64,000 nt of DNA from Spirochaetia bacterium (lineage in GTDB: Bacteria > Spirochaetota > Spirochaetia > DSM-27196 > Salinispiraceae): assembly GCA_038204425.1 (NCBI GenBank), contig JBBRCZ010000007.1, positions 75,341 to 139,340 on the forward strand. Direction: 5' to 3'. Numbering within the stretch: position 1 is the stretch's first letter; every line of letters begins with the position of its first letter. Of this stretch, positions 19,625 through 28,979 are shown piece by piece. Both the position numbers and the translations under genes were made by a program. The notes below the pieces were generated by a model, which ran no database searches, was not told where the DNA came from, and saw only the letters and a list, made by a program, of their open reading frames with translations.

Positions 19625-19950
19625 GCGAGACCTCCTCGTGCACCTAGTGCACACAGCAAATGCTGCGTAAGGACGAAGAACAAAGTCCTCCGCGGTCCCA
19701 CCTTACTTCAAAACAGGCTCGATACCTGCCGCCCTCGTCGTCTGTTACGTAGACCAACGGTCTCCCATACTCGGCATGCACAACCGTTCTATCAGATCCA
19801 ACAGTAAGCAAGCGCCTTTGAGCGAGACAGCTCTGGAGTGGTTTTGGCTTCTATCGTTCCCAAGTCCCTTCCAGCCACTTGTGCACTGCGCACAACCTGG
19901 GAACTCTCTCTCGCGGGTCGTTTTAGAGCTACTCTTCTCCTTCGTAGCCG
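19625..19950 (-). ncRNA. T-box riboswitch, Thr (ACC specifier)
   Basis: Stem I with GA motif, AGTA, AGAGA and GCTG; specifier ACC (19840-19842); stem II with AGTA; CCGTT F-box; stem III; T-box AAGGTGGGACCGCG (19691-19704) pairing with CGTCCTT (19669-19675). Confidence 0.93.
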
Positions 19951-19959
19951 ATAAGGCCT

Positions 19960-19988
19960 ATAGTAACCCTACGAGGCGAGACTGGCAA
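19960..19988 (-). promoter_or_regulatory. Sigma70-type promoter of the T-box-thrS unit
   Basis: TTGCCA-17 bp-TACTAT directly upstream of stem I. Confidence 0.65.
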
Positions 19989-20080
19989 GCCACCTGTTTA
20001 GACACTACAATTAGACGTAATGGATCTTTACCGTATCGTTATTCGATGATATGCTACGGTGCTCGGAGGGGTTGTACTTC

Positions 20081-21211
20081 ATGAAGACTGTCATTTTTAG
20101 CAGCAAAGAAGCAGAAATCAAGGATGTTCTGCTGCTCTCAACCTCGTTTGACATCAAACTATTTACAGAAAAAGTCTACTTTGCAGAAAATGAAGCCGAT
20201 GCCGACTTGGTGATTGTAATTGACAAGGATGTCTACGACGTTCTGCCTGCCAATCTCATTACCGCCATTACAACCAGAATTCGCAAAACACCGTGTCTGG
20301 TTTTGGTACATTTCAGGATGGCAAGCGAGCAATCTGAGCCCTACAAAGAACTTGGACTCAGCCTCTTTCACTATGAAAAAGGCTCGCCTGTTTCGCAAGA
20401 AAACCTAATTACCCAGATCGAAAGTTTGGCGGAACGCACCACTTTGTACCGGCGCCTGGATTCATATATTCGCGACTCGTTTAGAGACATAGTAGACTCG
20501 AGTCTGCTACAAAAACAAAAAGAAGAAATTGAACTGCTCAACCGCAAACTGGAATACATTAGCCGCGTCGATCACCTTACCAACCTGCTCAATCGCCGAG
20601 CATTGCTCGAAGCTTTTGAACTAGAAAAAAGACGCGCTCTGCGCAATCGCTGGCGCCTCAAGCAAGTTGGCGGTTTTGGCGATCCCGACGAAGGCAAGTC
20701 AGTAAGTGAAGAGCTGAGAGAATTTTCGCATGCCAGCAAGGGCACCATTACTGAGCACATTGGCAATTTTGCCTGCATGATCATGGACATTGATCACTTT
20801 AAGCTGGTAAACGACAGTTACGGCCATTTGATTGGCGACAAAGTTTTGCATCACATGGGCGAACTGCTCAACCAAAAAGGTTTGTTTAGAGACTGTGATG
20901 TCAAGGGCCGCTACGGTGGAGAAGAATTTATTGTACTCTTGTCAGAAACCAACAGTGCTAATGCACTGATTCCGGCCGAACGACTGCGTAAATTGCTCAA
21001 AGAGACCACTTTTGAAGGCGAAGCAGGTCAGAAGTTTAATGTTTCGCTGAGCATAGGCATTGCTGAGTTCTTGCCAGAAGAAGTAACCAGCGAAGAAATG
21101 ATTAAACGAGCGGACCAAGCCCTCTACTATGCAAAGGAACATGGCCGCGACCAAATATGTATCTACGAACGCGTCAAGGGCCAACTCTCAGCCCTTGAGC
21201 ACGGACATTGA
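20081..21211 (+). CDS. Diguanylate cyclase (GGEEF) with degenerate N-terminal domain and coiled coil
   Basis: DHLTNLLNRR, DIDHFKLVNDSYGHLIGD, RDCD (I-site)...RYGGEEF, RADQALYYAKEHGRD; ATG 20081 follows GGAGGG. Confidence 0.92.
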   Translation: MKTVIFSSKEAEIKDVLLLSTSFDIKLFTEKVYFAENEADADLVIVIDKDVYDVLPANLITAITTRIRKTPCLVLVHFRMASEQSEPYKELGLSLFHYEKGSPVSQENLITQIESLAERTTLYRRLDSYIRDSFRDIVDSSLLQKQKEEIELLNRKLEYISRVDHLTNLLNRRALLEAFELEKRRALRNRWRLKQVGGFGDPDEGKSVSEELREFSHASKGTITEHIGNFACMIMDIDHFKLVNDSYGHLIGDKVLHHMGELLNQKGLFRDCDVKGRYGGEEFIVLLSETNSANALIPAERLRKLLKETTFEGEAGQKFNVSLSIGIAEFLPEEVTSEEMIKRADQALYYAKEHGRDQICIYERVKGQLSALEHGH

Positions 21212-21237
21212 ACACGTCGATAGACACGGACATTAAA

Positions 21238-22185
21238 CTATAGCTTTTTGGCTGCCTTAGATGCCTCGGTGCTGCTCAAGTAGAGTGCCTCCAGAGCATT
21301 GTCCTCCGCCATACTACGAACCGATAGATTGAGCTTAATCAAAAGAGTCATCAGCGCCTGTTTGGCTTGGTTATAATGCTCATCGTCTTCAGCGTCAAAA
21401 CTTAGTGCGTAGCTGCCAAGCGACTCTTGGTCTTGGACACTTTTGATGCCAAGCACCGCATTTAGCTGGGCTCGTTCGCTCGTTTCTAGTGCTCGAGTCA
21501 GAACAAGCGTCATCGAGCGCTGGGCACGCGAGATATCAAGCACCTTTCCACTGCTGCCAATCTTGCCAGCACTCAGCATGGTGACTTCGTCACAGAGATC
21601 CTGCATTTCGTCCATGTCATGAGAACTTATAATCACACTGGTATCGGCCTTGAGCTTACGAATATAAGAACGAATAGTCTTGGCACTTGCCAAGTCAAGT
21701 CCTGTGCATGGTTCATCCAAAATGACTAGCTTGGGTTTGCCCAAAAAGGCCTGCGCCAAACAAAGTCGCTTGTATTGACCATGAGACAGCGTAGCCGAAT
21801 TTCTGCCTAAAAGTTCGCTAAAATCAACCAAGTCAAGTACACGCTCAACTTCGTTCCAAGCATCGTTGTGCGTCCAACCAGATACCTGCAAGAAGAACAC
21901 TAGTTGGTCTACTACCGATACGCTGGCTTGGAAGCGTGCATCTTGCGGGAGGATGCTCATTTGACCACGTATCGAATCCAAACTGTCGTGCCCCAGCACG
22001 CGCACGGTTCCAGAGTCGGGCTTAAGAAAGCCAGCGATAATCGAAAAAAGCGTGGTCTTGCCGGCCCCATTGGGGCCAATAATGCCATAGATGCAATGTT
22101 CTGGAATGTTGAGAGAGACATCATTGAGCGCTTTAACCTGAGAAAAGGTCTTACTTATTGCCTGTATGCTTATACAATCTGCCAT
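21238..22185 (-). CDS. ABC-2-type transporter ATP-binding protein
   Basis: GPNGAGKTT, LSHGQ signature, ILDEP and SSH. Confidence 0.92.
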   Translation of the reverse strand: MADCISIQAISKTFSQVKALNDVSLNIPEHCIYGIIGPNGAGKTTLFSIIAGFLKPDSGTVRVLGHDSLDSIRGQMSILPQDARFQASVSVVDQLVFFLQVSGWTHNDAWNEVERVLDLVDFSELLGRNSATLSHGQYKRLCLAQAFLGKPKLVILDEPCTGLDLASAKTIRSYIRKLKADTSVIISSHDMDEMQDLCDEVTMLSAGKIGSSGKVLDISRAQRSMTLVLTRALETSERAQLNAVLGIKSVQDQESLGSYALSFDAEDDEHYNQAKQALMTLLIKLNLSVRSMAEDNALEALYLSSTEASKAAKKL

Positions 22186-22200
22186 ATGTTTACTCCAAAC

Positions 22201-23547
22201 CTAGAGGTTACGGCGTTCAAAGATTTTGAGACCGCCAAAATAGAAGACGAGGCTATAGGCCGCTACACTTGCCAGGGCCACAAGAACATAGGCCGGCTCT
22301 GGATGCAGCAGGTAAAATGCAGCCTTTTGAGGTAAAAGAAACTCAATTACTCTTATTTCCTTGAGAGCACTACTTGCCAAAAGCGTAATACCTGGCACCA
22401 GCAAGATGCCAAGTCCGGTCAATAGCGAACCCGCCACAGAGTTGATGACAGCACTAAGCGCAACTGCCAAAACACAAAAAGGAAGGCTTGCTAGCACCAT
22501 GGCAACAAAGCCACGCAATGTCCACAAAAGTAGCTCACCGACTTGATAAACCTCGGGATACTTAAGTGCGGTAAAAACAAAGGTTAGTACAAACACCAGC
22601 AAGGTTAACATGGTGTTGATGAGTGCCACCGCCGCAAGCTTGCCATTAAAAATGTCTCTACGGCTGGTCCTGAGCAGGACAAATCGCAGTCCTTTGTTCT
22701 GGTTATCCGAGGAGATAGCCGATGCGCCAATCAACATGGTCAAAAATGGCAAGAGAGAAGAAAAAACCAAAAAACTAAGCGAGGCAAAGCCAGGACGATC
22801 AAGCAAAATAAAGCGCGCAAAATTATTATCTGGTGTCGTCACTCCAAGCAGCTCGGCTATGGTTCCTTGAATAAACTGAAGAAAGAGCGTGTTGCCCTGA
22901 CCTTGGGTACCTTGGGCTGCAATCATCGCGCCAAATTCGCTCTTGGCAATCCACTCAAGCGGTACATAGATCAAGTTAGCGACACTCAGCACTACAAAAG
23001 CACCAAGCGTATAGGTCAAAAACGTGGCTGCGCTACGCATTCGTTGCTTAAAACTAAACGACGATATCAGATGCCAAGCTGATAAAACCTTATCGCCGCC
23101 TTGCAAGGACCCTTTTTTGCCCGAAGCAGACCAAAGATCTGCAAAGACAAAGCTAAGGAATACAATATTGCAAAGTGGAAAAAGCATGGTGCTGATGTCA
23201 CCGAGGCTAATCTGATAGCCAACCGTAGAAGGCAAGACAAAACGCAAGACTATTCCGAGTAAGGCAATTAGTGCCGCAACAATGCCTATAACTCTACCCG
23301 ATATTTTGTGAAGCTTAACAAGCCCACTAGCCGATATCAGGTAGAGAACACCAGAAACTAGTGATGCGATGCTGTTAACCAACTCTCCTGGGCCATAAGT
23401 GGTACCATCGGCCGTCACAATCGACAGGCAAGAAAACCAGATCAAAGATCCAAAGACTTGCAGGCCACCAACGATGAAACTCATGATACTTATGGCTTTG
23501 ATGCCACCTGGCCTGATACTAAGTGAAGCAGTGCTCATAGTGTCCAA
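22201..23547 (-). CDS. ABC-2-type permease with extra N-terminal 4-TM domain
   Basis: AISSDNQNKGLRFVLLRTSRRDIFNGK is the ABC-2 permease loop; extra hydrophobic N-terminal ~140 aa. Confidence 0.8.
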   Translation of the reverse strand: MDTMSTASLSIRPGGIKAISIMSFIVGGLQVFGSLIWFSCLSIVTADGTTYGPGELVNSIASLVSGVLYLISASGLVKLHKISGRVIGIVAALIALLGIVLRFVLPSTVGYQISLGDISTMLFPLCNIVFLSFVFADLWSASGKKGSLQGGDKVLSAWHLISSFSFKQRMRSAATFLTYTLGAFVVLSVANLIYVPLEWIAKSEFGAMIAAQGTQGQGNTLFLQFIQGTIAELLGVTTPDNNFARFILLDRPGFASLSFLVFSSLLPFLTMLIGASAISSDNQNKGLRFVLLRTSRRDIFNGKLAAVALINTMLTLLVFVLTFVFTALKYPEVYQVGELLLWTLRGFVAMVLASLPFCVLAVALSAVINSVAGSLLTGLGILLVPGITLLASSALKEIRVIEFLLPQKAAFYLLHPEPAYVLVALASVAAYSLVFYFGGLKIFERRNL

Positions 23548-23550
23548 CTC

Positions 23551-24429
23551 CTAATTTTTTTGACCATAGAGATCTGATTTTGATAAAGGCTTGCCATTGA
23601 CGCATAGTTCTTGTTCTTGGCTAAGCTGCTTTTTACTTCTGTACAAAAACTGACACAAAGATACTAGTCCAACTGCAGCAAGTGCAAGCGAGAACCACTG
23701 CCCGGTAGCAAGACCGCCAAAACTACCGCGTAGACTATCAGCTCGAGTCATTTCTACCGCAAAACGCAACAATGCGTAAGACAGACAATAGAGACTTATT
23801 ATCAAGCCTCGTGCACGAGTTTTTTTGAATATTAAGAGCAGAACTAGTCCTATTAACAATAGCCCGGCAGCTTCGTAAAGTGGCGAAGCGTGCCTCGGCC
23901 CGAGCACAAGATCCGGGTTGTCAGGAAGCATGAGCCAATTGTTAGGATAGGTAATTGCAAAAGGGTTTTGCGCAGAACATACTTCGCCAAAACAACAACC
24001 GTTAAACATGCAACCTATTCTGCCAAACATGTGCGCAAACGGCAGCGCCACTGCCATAGCATCCAGTGTCTTCCACGTAATAATCTGATGTGGGTCCAAA
24101 CGAGTGTAGACCACAATAGCAATTAAGGCACCCACCAAACCCGTGGTTACCGTAGACCCCGACTGAGCAATCACCAGCCACCATGGCTTAGCATTATTGG
24201 CCGGGTCCAAAAGCTCTATAATAGCTTGGCCAAACTTGGCAGAAAACGCCGCTGCCAAAAAAACCACCGACAAAAAGATGACATAGGCCAGAGGTTTCTT
24301 TTTTACCTCGTTGTTGAGGGCCACTAATATTAGTACAAAGGTAGTGATTGCCACAATTACCAATAAGCCAAAGGTCGGCAAGGCAAGTGGTACACCGCCA
24401 AGCTCCCCCGATATCAAAAAAGGAAACAT
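23551..24429 (-). CDS. lgt: Prolipoprotein diacylglyceryl transferase (Lgt)-family protein
   Basis: GRIGCMFNGCCFG, RHASPLYEA, YALLRFAVEMTR and GQWFS. Confidence 0.8.
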   Translation of the reverse strand: MFPFLISGELGGVPLALPTFGLLVIVAITTFVLILVALNNEVKKKPLAYVIFLSVVFLAAAFSAKFGQAIIELLDPANNAKPWWLVIAQSGSTVTTGLVGALIAIVVYTRLDPHQIITWKTLDAMAVALPFAHMFGRIGCMFNGCCFGEVCSAQNPFAITYPNNWLMLPDNPDLVLGPRHASPLYEAAGLLLIGLVLLLIFKKTRARGLIISLYCLSYALLRFAVEMTRADSLRGSFGGLATGQWFSLALAAVGLVSLCQFLYRSKKQLSQEQELCVNGKPLSKSDLYGQKN

Positions 24430-24452
24430 TGTCTATCACCTCATTTAAAACG

Positions 24453-24477
24453 AAAAAAGGAGCCGTTGAGGCCCCTT
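24453..24477 (-). terminator. Intrinsic terminator
   Basis: AAGGGGCC-TCAAC-GGCTCCTT followed by a T run. Confidence 0.7.
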
Positions 24478-24497
24478 CCTATTCAGTAAGTAATAAG

Positions 24498-24893
24498 CTA
24501 TTGCAGAGTAGCTTCTGTCATAGTTTTTAAACCATCCGACATTTCTTGCAATCCCTTTTGTACCTCTGGATCTTTAATTGCATCACTAAAACTGTCTGCC
24601 ATACCTTGCAGGCCACCCGCGCCACCCACAAGAGCACCAAGAGCAGCCAAAGCCAATGCGGCCAAGACTATCGAAATACCTTGGAAGACAACACCGATGA
24701 TACCAAGCACCAAGGCAGCGGTATACATTCCCTTCTTCTCTGGCTCGGTCTTCTTACCTTTATTGGCAAGAACGATAGCCACAATACCAGCTACCAATGC
24801 GATCGCATTGGAAACAAACGGTACGGGTAAAAAGCAAAGCACCCAAGGCAAAGCAATAGAAACAATACCTAGAATCAACGCAGCAACAGCCAT
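24498..24893 (-). CDS. Small membrane protein (DUF4190-like)
   Basis: MAVAALILGIVSI...KKGMYTAALVLGIIG; SD AAGGAGG. Confidence 0.75.
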   Translation of the reverse strand: MAVAALILGIVSIALPWVLCFLPVPFVSNAIALVAGIVAIVLANKGKKTEPEKKGMYTAALVLGIIGVVFQGISIVLAALALAALGALVGGAGGLQGMADSFSDAIKDPEVQKGLQEMSDGLKTMTEATLQ

Positions 24894-24932
24894 AATATTC
24901 CTCCTTAAGCCGTCAATATCATATCATTGATT

Positions 24933-24961
24933 AGCATAGGTTATGGCGTATGCGTTGTCAA
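24933..24961 (-). promoter_or_regulatory. Sigma70-type promoter
   Basis: TTGACA-17 bp-TATGCT. Confidence 0.6.
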
Positions 24962-25015
24962 TAATTGTACCTGATTTTTTTACTGGTTGTATAAGCTCCT
25001 GAAAATATGCGCCAA

Positions 25016-25942
25016 TTAGACCCCCTGAACTTCCTCTAAGTCAAAGAAATGCTTAATAGGTAAGATTCGACCCTGTACCAAAAGTGGGTAGTTTAATAAG
25101 TCGCGAGGATTGTTAAGACTTGGGCCGTCAAAACCAGCGCTGTCAGATTTTGCACTGTAAGCTTAGGAAAATGAGCTATGATTGCGCGCCTGGGGCTTAA
25201 GATAAGGTCGAGCGCGGGCGTGAGCGATGGACTTTAGACGTACTTTGGCCTCAATTTCCTGCGCCCGCGCCATGCGCAGCACAAAGTATCGCACTAATGT
25301 GCGGTGCAGATAGAATCACTGGGCCGGTGTTGACGACGTTCTTTATGTGGCGGTCTATAAACTCTGCAGGATCGACCAAAGCGATGGCACTGACCGATGG
25401 CAAGAGACCATTGGCAATCGCTTTATCAACGAGCTGCTTTACCTGCATACAAAGAGTACGGCCGTTTTTAACAAGCACGACGATATTCGCCAAAAACTAA
25501 CTCAACACCGTCTATGCCTTGTAAAAGATTCTCAAGTTCGGTGCCCCAAGCATCTCCAAAGTCCACTTAGTCTTTTCGGTCGCCGCCAGTTTTCTGTTTC
25601 AACTTCTACTTTGACAAACTGGCCGAGGTTAAGTGTAGTGTTGCGGGGAAATTCAAAGACTACGGCCAACAAACCGGAGTTTCCTTGTGGTAGCAAACTG
25701 CGCTGGCGTAGACTCGCGCAAAAAAGGAACATCCTTATCGCTTACGACAGTGGCTGGGGCAAAGTCTCGGTTGACCAGTTTTGACCAATACTCTTTCTAC
25801 TTGGCCGGCAAAAGGTGCAGGATGAGACAAGGTAGCCCTTGGTCCCAAGCGACCGGCAAACTTAATCGTGTGCTTGGCTTGGGACAAGGCCATGGTTCTG
25901 ACTTGTACACTCGGTACTGCCTAAACAATTTGGGCCTGTCAT
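25016..25942 (-). pseudogene. Eroded remnant of an RND efflux operon (membrane fusion protein + AcrB-like permease)
   Basis: Broken-frame fragments: MFP-like (PFAGQVERVLVKTGQ; LAVVFEFPRNTTLNLGQFVKVEV) and AcrB-like (ENLLQGIDGVE; LVDPAEFIDRHIKNVVNT; DLLNYPLLVQGRILPIKHFFDLEE). An AGGAGG-ATG start survives at 25942. Confidence 0.6.
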
Positions 25943-26023
25943 GTTCTGTTCCTCCTACGAATCATAGCGAAAAAAATCCCCTATAGCGTCGTACGCAGAA
26001 TAAACCACAAGAGGCCTAGTTCG

Positions 26024-27304
26024 TTACGCGCCGATACGAGAACCTTTGCCATAACGCTCAGAATTGTACGAACCACCAGGGTGAGGAACAAAGGTGAGCG
26101 CAATGCCAGTCTTGCCCGCGCGACCAGCACGACCAATGCGATGAATATAGTCAGACCAGGTAGTTGGTGTCGAGAAGTTAATAACGTGACTAATGTCAGC
26201 TACGTCAATGCCGCGTGCAGCAACATCGGTCGCAACCAAAATTCGGACTTCGCCAGCCTTAAACCGTGTCAAAGCTCGTTGACGTTGAGCCTGACTCTTG
26301 TTGCCGTGCAAGGTGTCTACTTTAAAGCCACGTTCCATCAACAACTTGCCCAGTCGCTCAACCCCGTGCTTGGTATCTTCAAAAACCAAAACCTTGCCGG
26401 TGTTGTCACCAATAAGTACATCGTGTAGACGGTCGATCTTCTCTGATTCGGCCTGATACATAACCACATTTTGGTCAACGTTGTCTGAGGTTTCGCCATG
26501 TACAACCGAAACACGCACCGGATCCTTGCTAAAGTCACCAATTAAGGCGTTGATCGATGATTCCATAGTTGCTGAGAAAAACAGCGATTGACGAACTGGT
26601 GCAACCCTGGCCAAGAGCGCTCTAATGTCTCGCACAAAACCCATGTCGAGCATGCGGTCTACTTCGTCGAGCACGATTAAATTGGTTGAACCCAAGCGTA
26701 AAGTACCCTCTTGAACATGGTCTTTAAGTCGACCCGGAGTGCCAATGACGATGCGAGGATTAGACTGCAAAGCGCGAATCTGCGGTCGCATGTTGGCACC
26801 ACCAATGATGATAACCGAGTGCAAGCGAGTTCCGCGGCATAAGCTGCGAAATTCCTCATCAATTTGCACAGCAAGCTCACGAGTGGGAGCCATAATTAAG
26901 GCGCGACTGTTGGGTTCGTTCAAAAGTTTTTGAATCACAGGGATAGCAAAAGCTGCTGTTTTGCCCGTACCAGTGTTGGCCAAACCAACTACATCGTGAC
27001 CTTCTAAGCTCGACCTTATGGTTTGGTCTTGGATGGCGGTTGGAGAATCATAGCCCTTGTGCACAATGTTGTTGTAGAGCTGAGTGTGCAAGCCAAAGTC
27101 GGCAAAAGTGGTGCTGGAAACATAGGCTTCCATGGTGACCGGTGTGGCCTTGCGGATAAAACGGTCAAGCGGAATGTACTGCTTTACCGGACCCTGACGA
27201 CGACCGTTGCCGCCTCGTGGTGGCTGGCGATTGCCAGAGTTGGAACTGTGTTGGCGAGGACTTGCCTTGGCCGACGAATAAGTAGAAGATGCTGCGCTTC
27301 GCAT
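26024..27304 (-). CDS. DEAD-box RNA helicase (DEVD variant)
   Basis: Q motif, ANTGTGKT, PTRELA, TPGRL, DEVD, SAT, ATDVAARGID and HRIGRAGR. Confidence 0.95.
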   Translation of the reverse strand: MRSAASSTYSSAKASPRQHSSNSGNRQPPRGGNGRRQGPVKQYIPLDRFIRKATPVTMEAYVSSTTFADFGLHTQLYNNIVHKGYDSPTAIQDQTIRSSLEGHDVVGLANTGTGKTAAFAIPVIQKLLNEPNSRALIMAPTRELAVQIDEEFRSLCRGTRLHSVIIIGGANMRPQIRALQSNPRIVIGTPGRLKDHVQEGTLRLGSTNLIVLDEVDRMLDMGFVRDIRALLARVAPVRQSLFFSATMESSINALIGDFSKDPVRVSVVHGETSDNVDQNVVMYQAESEKIDRLHDVLIGDNTGKVLVFEDTKHGVERLGKLLMERGFKVDTLHGNKSQAQRQRALTRFKAGEVRILVATDVAARGIDVADISHVINFSTPTTWSDYIHRIGRAGRAGKTGIALTFVPHPGGSYNSERYGKGSRIGA

Positions 27305-27718
27305 AAATTCCTTTGGGACAAGTGCATAGAAGCTTCTCTAAGCTCTAATGCTTGTGCCCGATGTGAGACGAAAAAAATAACATTCCGGAAACGGATAAAC
27401 AGCCCAATGAGCGGGCACATCAAAAGTAGAATCAACCAATGCATGTTTTCAAAACAGGGTTTTGAAAGCCACGCAATTAGTTTCAACTTTACATGATAGG
27501 GAAAAAGGCGGGGGTAAGCCGACACATTCCTTTGCGAAATCCGAATAGGGATGGCACTATTGCCGCCTATGTAAGATACCCCGAAATAAGACGGGGACGC
27601 AGGAAGGTTTTGGATCTGTTCAGGGAACTCTTCGGTTCTAAACCGACTGATGTTTTTGCGGCAAATCCTGCTGACCGCGCCACACCATTTCCTGGGACCC
27701 ACTTTTACAAAAAAGTTG
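27305..27718 (-). ncRNA. Candidate long structured 5' leader of the helicase gene
   Basis: About 410 nt between the predicted promoter and the ATG, with many hairpins (TTTCAAAAC/GTTTTGAAA, TCGGTT/AACCGA, CCCCG/CGGGG, a long stem just before the SD). Confidence 0.5.
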
Positions 27719-27723
27719 TACAG

Positions 27724-27752
27724 ATAATGTAGTAAATGACTATTTTTGTCAA
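27724..27752 (-). promoter_or_regulatory. Sigma70-type promoter of the helicase
   Basis: TTGACA-17 bp-CATTAT. Confidence 0.55.
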
Positions 27753-27913
27753 GCGATCTTCTAAAGTTGACCAAAAATCATGACAAGGTTGCTAAGAATT
27801 ACTTGAATCTGGGGGCATAGTCGGCCATAGTTGTAGGTATGAAGAAGTCAATAGTTTTTAGAGCATTTTTGGCGCTTACCAGTTTTTGGTTTGGTTGAGG
27901 CACCTGTAGCGCC

Positions 27914-28894
27914 ATGCGAGTAGCAATTGTGGGCCAAGGTGTAAGGGGAGCCGGCCACGTGGGGCTTGCCCAAGCTCTGTGTCTGGGGTTTGCCCAAGAA
28001 GTTGAGATAGACATTTATCTCAGTCCAAGCCTTTTTAACAGCGACTTTGTTAAACGCCACCAAGCCGACAAGTTCCAGTTGATAGAACTTGAGGATCCTC
28101 AAGTTCTGGCTGGCTGGGCGAACAGTGGGCAGCTAAACCAAAGCGTGCTGTTTGCCGCGCTTAGCTCACAGCCCTACGACGTGGTGATAGGCATCCAGTT
28201 TTGGTTCAACTTACAAATTTTGTCGCCAGCCTTGCATAAACTGGGTACGCGACTCTATTTGGTGGCCTACCATGCCGACAGACGCCTGTACAATGCCGGG
28301 GCTTTACATGACCCCCAGAGCGGATTTTCTTTGTCATTTGACCAAAGTCTTTTTGATGCCTGCTTTGCGATTGAGCCATTCGACTACCCAGACGGCTTTA
28401 TCCTTGTACCACCACTTACATCAGTACGCGAACACTTGCTGCTCGGCAAGCAAAGTGCGCGCGCAAAGCTGCTATCCATGGCTGGGCGGGAGGATAACGG
28501 TAAGCCATTGGCCTTGATAGCGAGCAATGGTGTGCCTGGCGAGTTTGCTCGCCTCTTGCAAGACTATCAGTATTTGGAAAATGAGAACTACCTCTTAGTG
28601 GGGGCGTGTAATATTGCCCAAGAAATTCCCGCAAGGCTTAAGCACATCTCGGTGCTCAACATCTTTCCACTTTGGCCTTACTTCCGAGGATTTGATTTGT
28701 TTATCGGTGCTGCCGGCTATGGTATGTACTGGGAAGTTCGTAAGTCCGGCATCCAAGCAATCTTTGTGCCCATGCCGCGCAATTGGGAGGACCAAAGCTA
28801 TCGTTTGGAACATGGGTCCAAATGCCCAACGGAAGGCCAAGGTGCTCAGCAGATAGTCGAGCACATTACGCGCCATACATTACTTGCAAACTAA
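27914..28894 (+). CDS. GT-B fold glycosyltransferase-like protein
   Basis: N-terminal GxGH and C-terminal DLFIGAAGYGMYWEV...FVP...EDQ (GT28_C-like). Confidence 0.7.
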   Translation: MRVAIVGQGVRGAGHVGLAQALCLGFAQEVEIDIYLSPSLFNSDFVKRHQADKFQLIELEDPQVLAGWANSGQLNQSVLFAALSSQPYDVVIGIQFWFNLQILSPALHKLGTRLYLVAYHADRRLYNAGALHDPQSGFSLSFDQSLFDACFAIEPFDYPDGFILVPPLTSVREHLLLGKQSARAKLLSMAGREDNGKPLALIASNGVPGEFARLLQDYQYLENENYLLVGACNIAQEIPARLKHISVLNIFPLWPYFRGFDLFIGAAGYGMYWEVRKSGIQAIFVPMPRNWEDQSYRLEHGSKCPTEGQGAQQIVEHITRHTLLAN

Positions 28895-28979
28895 GCTATT
28901 GTGGGTGTATGCTTAGAACAGTGCATACCGTTTGTCGGTCCTCAGTCCCTAAAATTTTGGGACCGGCTGGAGTTGAGTT

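Noticed and set aside
19776..20084. 102-aa plus-strand ORF
   Set aside because: Antisense to the T-box RNA.
25862..25942. 26-aa ORF with strong AGGAGG, possible leader peptide
   Set aside because: Better explained as the frameshifted start of the MFP pseudogene.
27184..27774. 196-aa minus-strand ORF upstream of the helicase
   Set aside because: TTG start with no SD, begins upstream of the predicted promoter, overlaps the helicase out of frame; better read as an RNA leader.
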